From: Patescibacteria group bacterium
GTDB lineage: Bacteria; Patescibacteriota; Minisyncoccia; HO2-45-28
NCBI GenBank assembly: GCA_022563755.1
Contig: JADFMT010000002.1
Location: 1-42,409 of the forward strand
Reading direction: 5' to 3'
DNA length: 42,409 bases
This document shows positions 18,175 through 25,252 of this stretch, piece by piece. The notes below the pieces were generated by a model. That model did not search any database and was not told where the DNA came from. It saw only the letters and a program-made list of their open reading frames with translations. Both the position numbers and the translations under genes were made by a program. How positions within the stretch are numbered: position 1 is the stretch's first letter; every line of letters begins with the position of its first letter.

Positions 18175-19170
18175 TTAGTTATTCGTCCTTTTTATTGCTT
18201 CCTTTGCAATCTCCCACATTTCGGGTTTATTTTCTACTTCTTTCAGCCAATACCACCATTCTACACCCCAAAAATAAAAGGTATCAAAACCCGAGCGCGC
18301 GGCGTACGCTAAAACGCCACGGAATACTTCCGGATTCATGGAAATATACTGTTCATCCACGTTAATCTCGTAGGTCATGCGCTTTGCCCATGATTCCCCT
18401 TGCAGCTCGATAATGACCGCGGGTTTATCACCCAGAACGAGGTTGATGAATCCGCGCTTTAAGCGAAAAAAAGAGGGTGGCAATGGATAGGTAAATGTGC
18501 CGAGCCATTCGTTCCAGATGACGCGATAAAGCGTTGAGCCGAAAATATCGGAACGCCGGGCAGCCGGAACCCAAAATGACAGTTCACCGGAATCGGTTAC
18601 CATAATAGGGCGCCCATCCAGTGAACGCACGAGCTCGATTTCGGCGTCAAGGAATTCTTTCGAAAAAGGAGGACATTCTCCGAACGCCAAAAAAGGTTCG
18701 TTCTCCACCTGCCACGTTTTAACCGCGGACGATTTTTTATAGCGATTTACAACTACTTCGATATATCGCAGTAGTTGTTTATTTTGCTCGGCTTCATCAA
18801 GCCTTTCTGCCCAATCCGGAATATGACATTCGGGCCAACGCGGGAGTTTGCGACCCACGGCAAGGATTACCTCAACGTTTCGCCTGCGAGCTTCTTGAAT
18901 TTGCCAATCCAAGCGCGAGAAGTTATACCTGCCTTGAGCGGGCTCAATTTCATTCCAATATGCCGGAAGTCGGATGTTTTTTATCCCAAGATCGTCAAAA
19001 AGGGCCAAATACACCTCTTTCGGATCCAGCCCAAAACGCTCGGCATAAAAAGATGAATAGGTTGCGCCAAACGTCTGGGGATTTAAGGACGGAGTGCGCC
19101 CGATAAGGATCGCGCCCACGCTTACGAGCATCACCATACCCCCGATTGCAATTTTAAGCCACGTCTTCAT
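18175..19170 (-). CDS. Membrane-anchored clan GH-A (TIM-barrel, GH5/GH42-like) glycoside hydrolase
   Basis: It has an N-terminal TM/signal anchor. IRLPAYWNEIEPAQGRYNFSRLDWQI and WQVENEP match the (beta/alpha)8 clan-A pattern with a catalytic NEP Glu. Confidence 0.6.
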   Translation of the reverse strand: MKTWLKIAIGGMVMLVSVGAILIGRTPSLNPQTFGATYSSFYAERFGLDPKEVYLALFDDLGIKNIRLPAYWNEIEPAQGRYNFSRLDWQIQEARRRNVEVILAVGRKLPRWPECHIPDWAERLDEAEQNKQLLRYIEVVVNRYKKSSAVKTWQVENEPFLAFGECPPFSKEFLDAEIELVRSLDGRPIMVTDSGELSFWVPAARRSDIFGSTLYRVIWNEWLGTFTYPLPPSFFRLKRGFINLVLGDKPAVIIELQGESWAKRMTYEINVDEQYISMNPEVFRGVLAYAARSGFDTFYFWGVEWWYWLKEVENKPEMWEIAKEAIKRTNN

Positions 19171-19209
19171 CCCATTAGAAGTCTGTATTTAATAAATAAA
19201 TGTCGGGAT

Positions 19210-20109
19210 TCATGTTTGAACGAGAAAAATAAACGCAATAGCAATGAATGCAACGCCTCCGAGCTTTGTTACCAGATCACGAATCGCAAATGATTCCTTT
19301 AGAATGGACGGGAAGGAGAATGTAAGAAAAAGGGCAAACAAAAATACAAAGAGATATTCAAAACCCTTCATTGCATTCACGAGACTTACGGGACCAAGCG
19401 CGATCGCATAATTTAGGAGCAAAAATCCTACTGCCCCAATACCTTTATTTGCAAGAAAAAATCCCGCCGAAGAAGTGCTGGTCGCCTTTGAGCTAAATCG
19501 GATATGGTGGCGAAAGACAGGAACACCAAGCATCGCAAGAGCTGCAACAAAACTTCCGAGGCGCGTCCAAATAAATCCCGAAATAAACGGCGTAACCTTA
19601 AATACTTCTTTTGATAAGAAAAAACTAAGTGCAAAAAAGAACGCAGAGGTGAGTGAAAAAAGGATCAATGCCCTGTCATAGGACATACCCTTGTCCTGAA
19701 ATTTAGACGAGAGCAAGATACCGCCTATAATAAACAAAACAAAGGCAATAAGTTGTTCCAATCTAACCGATTCTCCTAATATAAAACGCGATAAAAGCAA
19801 AATAAAAAAAGGAGAGGCAGCGCCGATGATTGGGAGCGCGCGCGACGCCTCACTTCTCTGAAGAGCTGTGTAGAGAAAATATAGAGCTCCCAGAAAAGAT
19901 ATGCCGCTTATCATTGCAATAAACGTGGTTCGAGGGGAAAGAAACGAGAACCCAAATGGAGCAAGCACAAAAACACCAATACTCAACAACCCAACATAGA
20001 ATGTATAGGAAAGCGGATTCGGAATGCGACGCGTTAGTAGAACTTTATCAACGGTTGCGGCAAGTCCGCTTAAAAAATACGAACTGATGGCAATCGGTAT
20101 CCAAAGCAT
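19210..20109 (-). CDS. EamA/DMT-superfamily transporter
   Basis: About 10 hydrophobic helices form two similar halves, typical of the drug/metabolite transporter fold. Confidence 0.65.
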   Translation of the reverse strand: MLWIPIAISSYFLSGLAATVDKVLLTRRIPNPLSYTFYVGLLSIGVFVLAPFGFSFLSPRTTFIAMISGISFLGALYFLYTALQRSEASRALPIIGAASPFFILLLSRFILGESVRLEQLIAFVLFIIGGILLSSKFQDKGMSYDRALILFSLTSAFFFALSFFLSKEVFKVTPFISGFIWTRLGSFVAALAMLGVPVFRHHIRFSSKATSTSSAGFFLANKGIGAVGFLLLNYAIALGPVSLVNAMKGFEYLFVFLFALFLTFSFPSILKESFAIRDLVTKLGGVAFIAIAFIFLVQT

Positions 20110-20130
20110 CTCTCGCAGTATATCATTATA

Positions 20131-20820
20131 TCATTTTTGGTGCGCTTTTCTCCATGCTTCTATTTTTTTATGATCGCCTGAAAGCAATATTTTTGGGACG
20201 CGGTACTTTTTGCCGCAATATTCTAAAATTTCGGGGCGCGTATAATGCGGATATTCCAGATCTTTGCCGCTTGTCCCTTCTTTGTGGATAAGTTTACTCC
20301 AATGTGATTCTTCTTCTAAAGATTCCGGTCGGATAACGCCCGGGATAAGACGGCTGACGGCCGAGATAATAACCATTGCGGGAACTTCACCGTCCGTCAG
20401 CACATACGGTCCGATGGAAATTTCCTCAGCCTTTAGAATGATGCGCACTCGTTCATCCACACCCTCATAGCGTCCAGAGATTAAAATAATATCGTCATAG
20501 TCTTTGGCCCACCGGTAAACGGTTTTTTGATTTAAAGCTTTGCCTTTTGCCGAGAAAAGTACGACTTTTACGCGCCGTCCTTTTTTGATTTTCCTGCGCG
20601 TTGCCTCTACCGTGCGCACAATGGGAAGTGCTTTTAGCACCATACCGACTCCACCGCCATACGGACGCCCATCCACCGTATGATGCTTGTCTTTGCTAAA
20701 TTTCCGGATGTCATAGCTAAAAACGCGAATAATTTTTTTTGCAATCGCGTGCTTCAAAATAGACTCGCCAAGATACGAATCAAAGATGTTAGGAAAAATG
20801 GTAATTACATGAAACCGCAT
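20131..20820 (-). CDS. trmD: tRNA (guanine37-N1)-methyltransferase
   Basis: MRFHVITIFPNIFDSYL is a canonical TrmD start, and GRYEGVDERV and LTDGEVPAMV are conserved. I trimmed the tracked ORF by 10 codons to this ATG. Confidence 0.9.
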   Translation of the reverse strand: MRFHVITIFPNIFDSYLGESILKHAIAKKIIRVFSYDIRKFSKDKHHTVDGRPYGGGVGMVLKALPIVRTVEATRRKIKKGRRVKVVLFSAKGKALNQKTVYRWAKDYDDIILISGRYEGVDERVRIILKAEEISIGPYVLTDGEVPAMVIISAVSRLIPGVIRPESLEEESHWSKLIHKEGTSGKDLEYPHYTRPEILEYCGKKYRVPKILLSGDHKKIEAWRKAHQK

Positions 20821-20886
20821 AATAAAAGACAAAAACCGCGCTTTTATCATAGCACGGCTTTTGTAAATAAAAGATGATTTCTTTTT

Positions 20887-21198
20887 TTAGAGTTTCAGAT
20901 CTTCCATAACACTGTCGGATTCTTGTCTTGCTTGTCCACCAGCCGGTTCCTCAATTTTCAAGTTTACGCGTGAACGGTTCTTTAGTCCCACGATGCGAAG
21001 AAGCGTTCGAATTGCTTTGGCGGTGTTTCCTCCTCTGCCAATAATCTTACCCATGTCGGCTTGATTAATTTTCAGAGTTAGTAAAACACCCATTTCATCC
21101 ACGCTACGGTTTACCTCAACGTCGTTTGGATTATCCACCAAGGCCTTCACAACGTACTCAAGAAAGTCTTGCTCTTGTGATTTTTCAGCCATACTCAT
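20887..21198 (-). CDS. KH-domain RNA-binding protein (KhpA/YlqC-like)
   Basis: It has the GKIIGRGGNTAKAIRTLL GXXG KH motif. Its position upstream of trmD is as in many bacteria. Confidence 0.75.
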   Translation of the reverse strand: MSMAEKSQEQDFLEYVVKALVDNPNDVEVNRSVDEMGVLLTLKINQADMGKIIGRGGNTAKAIRTLLRIVGLKNRSRVNLKIEEPAGGQARQESDSVMEDLKL

Positions 21199-21252
21199 TG
21201 ATTATCCTTGATAATTCAGTAGCTCGACTCCACTGCTACTCTATTGTCATCT

Positions 21253-21280
21253 AGTATAGCAGGAGAGCGGAGATCGTCAA
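21253..21280 (-). promoter_or_regulatory. Candidate sigma70 promoter for the KH-trmD operon
   Basis: The minus strand reads TTGACG (21280-21275), a 16-nt spacer, TATACT (21258-21253). AAGGA lies 6 nt upstream of the KH gene ATG. Confidence 0.45.
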
Positions 21281-21294
21281 CCCTAGGGTAATCC

Positions 21295-21846
21295 CTAGAA
21301 TTGTATTTCCTGGCGTTTTTGCCCCGCTAATTTTTCTAATTCCTGGTTAAAGACGTCCATCTTCTTTTGAAGCTTGTCTTTTTTGTGAAACTTTTCGTCC
21401 TCGCGCATCTCGCCTTTTCGTTCCTGTTCCTGAATTTCTTTCCAAACGTTGTCTCGAGCTTGGCGCAAGGAGACCCGAGCATCCTCCAATTTCTCTCCTA
21501 CGATTTTCAAAAGCGCCTCTCGTCTCTCGCCAGTAAGTTCCGGAAGGACTGTGCGTATCACTTCTTTGTCCACAATTGGCTCGAGACCCGTATTTGAGGA
21601 TCGGATCGCTTTTTCTATCGCTTCTAAATTCGCCTTATCCCACGGTTGGATCACAAGCGTTCGGGCATCCTTAACTCCAATGGACGCCAAATTTTCTAAG
21701 TTTGTTTTTGCGCCGTAACTCTCAACAACAATATCTTTGAGTATGGCTGGATTGACGCGTCCACTCCTGAGCACTCCGAACTCAGCGGCAAGCCAATCCT
21801 TTATTTTTTTAAATTGTTTCTCGAATTCTGAAAGTGAATATGCCAT
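21295..21846 (-). CDS. frr: Ribosome recycling factor
   Basis: It is 183 aa and has LRSGRVNPAILKDIVVESYG, IQPWD and LTGERREALLK, all typical of RRF. Confidence 0.95.
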   Translation of the reverse strand: MAYSLSEFEKQFKKIKDWLAAEFGVLRSGRVNPAILKDIVVESYGAKTNLENLASIGVKDARTLVIQPWDKANLEAIEKAIRSSNTGLEPIVDKEVIRTVLPELTGERREALLKIVGEKLEDARVSLRQARDNVWKEIQEQERKGEMREDEKFHKKDKLQKKMDVFNQELEKLAGQKRQEIQF

Positions 21847-21856
21847 GCCAAATTTG

Positions 21857-21978
21857 TATGAACGCTAGTGAATAATAAATTTGCTCACCCCGTTAGAAAC
21901 TCCTTTTTAATAAACCTTGGAGTCGTAGTTTTTATAAAAGATTTCGTAAACATGTTTCTAACAGGGTTATATGAACGC
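21857..21978. repeat. Intergenic repeat, copy 1 (segment A, a 79-bp segment B with 13-bp terminal inverted repeats, then a partial A)
   Basis: Segment A is 21857-21887 (tatgaacgctagtgaataataaatttgctca). Segment B is 21888-21966 (ccccgttagaaac...gtttctaacaggg). ttatatgaacgc follows at 21967-21978. Segment B is near-identical to 23638-23716. Confidence 0.85.
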
Positions 21979-22611
21979 ATTTAAATATTCAAGGCACATT
22001 TTTCGACCGATGCCCAAGGAACGAGATACGCGCCGAACCGTCTGAATTCTTGCAAGGAGGTCTCTTTTGTATTTATTTTTTCGAGCCCAGCTCTCAAGCT
22101 GATTTAAAAAATGATTAAAATTTAGTGAATCCTTACCGGCTTCCTCAAGCATGCGTCCACGCACAGGCAAGCTAGAATCAAGAAAGGGTTTTAAATCGTA
22201 CGAGTGCTCAGGCTCTCCAAGATATAATTCGATGAGACGTGAACGAATGGTGTCGGGCAACATATCTGCGCTTGAGGCAACAAGAAAAAAGTGACGACCC
22301 GCTGGTGGCTCTTCAAGAATCTTTAAAAGTGCAGTGGATGCCCAATGCCCCAGTAGGTCGGCATTGATAATAAAACATTTTCGCTTTCTCGCAAGGACCC
22401 CCGTATATGCTTTTTCTTTTATTTTTCGCACGTCCACGATGCGAACCTCATGTCTATACATCTCAACTTCTCCTCCTATCTCGCAAATCCATCTCGCCAA
22501 CCGATCATAATCAACTTCTCCAATTAAAAGATACCCGTGAGCAAGTTGACTATTCCTTGCGTGGTTTTCCAGACGAGGGTGTATCCCGTTAGAGATCCTT
22601 GGATGTATCAT
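21967..22611 (-). CDS. holB: DNA polymerase III delta-prime-like clamp-loader subunit
   Basis: It has AHGYLLIG, ALLKILEEPP and TIRSRLIE motifs and lacks an intact P-loop, as in delta-prime. Its start overlaps the mreB stop by 4 bp. Confidence 0.65.
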   Translation of the reverse strand: MIHPRISNGIHPRLENHARNSQLAHGYLLIGEVDYDRLARWICEIGGEVEMYRHEVRIVDVRKIKEKAYTGVLARKRKCFIINADLLGHWASTALLKILEEPPAGRHFFLVASSADMLPDTIRSRLIELYLGEPEHSYDLKPFLDSSLPVRGRMLEEAGKDSLNFNHFLNQLESWARKNKYKRDLLARIQTVRRVSRSLGIGRKMCLEYLNAFI

Positions 22612-23627
22612 GGCTGGCGTTTTCCAAAAAGACTTTTTTTGTAGATATCCAAATGTTCAAGCGCAACCCCGGTTCCCCTTGCAACACAAAATAATGCGCC
22701 CTCGGCAACGTATGCCCTTACCCCGGTGGCACGATAAACCAAATCTGTAATATTTTGTAACAGTGAACCGCCACCTGTCATCACAATTCCTTGGTCAATA
22801 ATATCGGAAGCAAGCTCGGGCGGGGTTTCTTGAAGGACAAACTTAATCGCTTTTGTAATATCTCGAAGCTCGTTTTCGATCGCCTTTGCAATCTCGTTGG
22901 TAGAGACTTCCGTGCTTCGCGGAAGGCCCGTTAAAATGTCGCGGCCTTTGACCGTATGCGTATCCTCTTTGTCAACCGGAATGGCAGATCCAATTGAGAT
23001 TTTAATTCCTTCAGCCATACGCTCCCCAATCGCAAGATTAAAAGATTTCTTCACATAATCGATAATCGCTTGGTCAATTTTATTTCCGGCTACCTTTACC
23101 GATTTGGAAGCCACGATCCCTCCGAGGGATATAACTGCCACGTCCGTTGTGCCCCCGCCAATATCAACTACCATGTGGCCGATCGGTTCATGAATGGGGA
23201 TACCAGCCCCGATCGCTGCCAAGATGGGCTCTTTCATGACATAGGCTTTCCGGGCTCCAGACTTCAGCGCGGCTTCAATCACAGAACGCCTCTCCGTAGA
23301 TGTTACGCCAGCCGGAACAGAAACCAGGACTTCGGGCTTAAAAATATTCGCGCGCCCGAGCGCCTTTCCAATGTAATACCGAAGCATAGATTCTGTTACC
23401 CGATAGTCCGCAATAACGCCGTCCTTCATCGGTCGATACGCAATGATATTGTCGGGCGTCTTGCCCACCATACTCTTGGCCTCATTCCCTACGGCAAGAA
23501 CTCTATTTTCTGATGCGGAAACGACCACCACGGACGGTTCGTTAAGTACCACGCCTTTATTCGGTACAAATACCAGAGTATTTGCTGTACCAAGATCAAT
23601 CCCTAATTTTTTCACAAAAAATGGCAT
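22608..23627 (-). CDS. mreB: Rod-shape-determining actin homologue MreB
   Basis: It has LGIDLGTANTLV, MVVDIGGGTTDVAVISLGGIV and IVMTGGGSLL, which are actin-fold phosphate and adenosine motifs. Confidence 0.95.
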   Translation of the reverse strand: MPFFVKKLGIDLGTANTLVFVPNKGVVLNEPSVVVVSASENRVLAVGNEAKSMVGKTPDNIIAYRPMKDGVIADYRVTESMLRYYIGKALGRANIFKPEVLVSVPAGVTSTERRSVIEAALKSGARKAYVMKEPILAAIGAGIPIHEPIGHMVVDIGGGTTDVAVISLGGIVASKSVKVAGNKIDQAIIDYVKKSFNLAIGERMAEGIKISIGSAIPVDKEDTHTVKGRDILTGLPRSTEVSTNEIAKAIENELRDITKAIKFVLQETPPELASDIIDQGIVMTGGGSLLQNITDLVYRATGVRAYVAEGALFCVARGTGVALEHLDIYKKSLFGKRQP

Positions 23628-23637
23628 GCCAATTTTA

Positions 23638-23753
23638 CCCCGTTAGAAACTCCTTTTTAATAAACCTTGAAGTCGTAGTTTTTATAAAAGATTTCGCAAA
23701 CATGTTTCTAACGGGGTTTATACGAACGCTAGTGAGTTAATAAAATTGAGCAC
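23638..23753. repeat. Intergenic repeat, copy 2 (segment B followed by segment A)
   Basis: Segment B at 23638-23716 differs from copy 1 at only a few positions. Segment A at 23717-23753 is tttatacgaacgctagtgagttaataaaattgagcac. It ends 10 nt upstream of the mreB ATG in transcript orientation. Confidence 0.85.
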
Positions 23754-23853
23754 CCAGCCTTCTATGCTCACGGTAAAACGTTCTTCTTTTGTATTTTTTC
23801 TATTAAATTTTATATTCTCTATTTTCATATATATGAGCTTAGAAAGCTGGGTG
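23751..23853. repeat. Long-range inverted repeat (20-nt arms, 18 of 20 paired, 63-nt AT-rich loop) in the murA-mreB spacer
   Basis: cacccagccttctatgctca (23751-23770) is complementary to tgagcttagaaagctgggtg (23834-23853). Confidence 0.7.
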
Positions 23854-23896
23854 AAAGTTTTACCATAGCATTTTCTTCGTTAAAAACTCGAAAATG

Positions 23897-25165
23897 CTAG
23901 TCAACTCTCTTTATATTAGCATTGATTTGTTTTAATTTCTCCTCAATCCGTTCATATCCCCGATCAATCTGATAAACATTATGGATGGTCGAACGCCCCT
24001 TGGCAACAAGAGCCGCAATCACAAAAGCAAGCCCTGCCCTTAAATCCGGACTCTCCATCTCCCTTCCGTGAAGTGGCGTGGGACCCAAAATAATCGCCCG
24101 ATGAGGATCACAAATAGTGATCTCTGCACCCATTCGTTTAAGGTCAATCATATATTCCAGTCGTCCGTCAAAAACCGTCTCAAAAACCTGGCTTTTCCCT
24201 TTCGTTTGGGTCAAAAAAACACTAAATGGTGCTTGCAGGTCGGTGGGAAAACCAGGATATTCACGCGTCTTCAGATCAAGAGAGGTAAATGTTTCTGGTC
24301 GGCAAACCCCCATCCAGTCGGACCCAACCTCCACGTTCACTCCTGCCGCCTCAAGATGCACGATCAGGCTCGCGAGATGCTCGGGTCTGCATTTTTTTAT
24401 TCGTAGATCCGTAGCAAGAAGTGAACCAAGAATCAAAAAACTACCGGCTTCAATCCGGTCCGGTATTATTTGAGACGGTTTGTTACTCTTTAGTCTTGCG
24501 TGTTTACCCAGACCCTCAATAACAATCGTCTGTGTACCCGCTCCTCGAATCTTAGCGCCTGCGCTATTTAGATAATGCGCAAGTGCTTCAATTTCTGGCT
24601 CACAGGCAGCATTTCGTAACGTTACCTTGCCCTCAGTAAGTACCGCTGCAAGCATCAACGTCTCGGTTACCGTCACGCTTGGAATCCGGAAAGTAAAATC
24701 TGCGCCTCGCAGATTATCGGCCTCGAACACATAACAATCGTCCTTTTCTTTAAACTGCGCCCCCATCTGTTCGAATCCCGCAATAAAAAGATCAATCGGC
24801 CGCTCACCAAACACACATCCTCCCGGATGCGGCAAGCTCACCCGCCCAAAGCGCGCAAGTAAGGGGCCAACCAGAACGACGGAGGCCCGAAAGCGCTTCG
24901 TGATCTCACGATCTAGGTCTGTGCGAAAAATGCCTGATGAATCAATACAAAAATCATTCTGGCCGGTTTTTGTGATTTTAGCCCCCAGTCCCTCGAGTAG
25001 CTCTTTCATCCGAAAAATATCTTCAATCAATGGGACATTTTGAATCGTAATGGGATCTTCAAAAAGCACTGAGGCGGCAAACAACTTAAGCGCGTGGTTT
25101 TTTGCTCCGCCAATCGTAACTTCTCCCGCAAGCGGCTCTCCGCCATGAATAATAAATTTTTCCAC
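23897..25165 (-). CDS. murA: UDP-N-acetylglucosamine 1-carboxyvinyltransferase
   Basis: 422 aa. It has GGAKNHALKL, an LPHPGGCVFGERPIDL active-site Cys loop and FPTDLQAP. It uses a GTG start. Confidence 0.95.
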   Translation of the reverse strand: MEKFIIHGGEPLAGEVTIGGAKNHALKLFAASVLFEDPITIQNVPLIEDIFRMKELLEGLGAKITKTGQNDFCIDSSGIFRTDLDREITKRFRASVVLVGPLLARFGRVSLPHPGGCVFGERPIDLFIAGFEQMGAQFKEKDDCYVFEADNLRGADFTFRIPSVTVTETLMLAAVLTEGKVTLRNAACEPEIEALAHYLNSAGAKIRGAGTQTIVIEGLGKHARLKSNKPSQIIPDRIEAGSFLILGSLLATDLRIKKCRPEHLASLIVHLEAAGVNVEVGSDWMGVCRPETFTSLDLKTREYPGFPTDLQAPFSVFLTQTKGKSQVFETVFDGRLEYMIDLKRMGAEITICDPHRAIILGPTPLHGREMESPDLRAGLAFVIAALVAKGRSTIHNVYQIDRGYERIEEKLKQINANIKRVD

Positions 25166-25252
25166 CTATTTATCATACCGATAATGTGCGTCCTTGCAAC
25201 TACCAACAAAGCGGTGTTTCTGAACGAAAGGAAAAAGTGTTACCATAATCCT

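Noticed and set aside
21888-23716. The two near-identical 79-bp elements as a CRISPR array or a prophage att pair
   Set aside because: There are only two copies, 1.75 kb apart. The sequence between them is the conserved housekeeping genes holB and mreB, not spacers or phage genes. No cas, integrase or other mobile genes are in the window.
23866-23899. 10-bp hairpin overlapping the murA stop codon as a terminator
   Set aside because: The stem is real (tagcattttc / gaaaatgcta), but no U-tract follows on the minus strand and it overlaps coding sequence. Function is too uncertain to list as a feature.
25094-25252. 53-codon N-terminal extension of dnaE in the ORF track. Similar extensions exist for ddl (12458..12583) and trmD (20821..20850)
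   Set aside because: The extensions overlap neighbouring genes or intergenic signals and are not family-like. In each case a canonical family N-terminus begins at an internal ATG (MSFVHLHTHSHYS, MAKIKVGVV, MRFHVITIFP).
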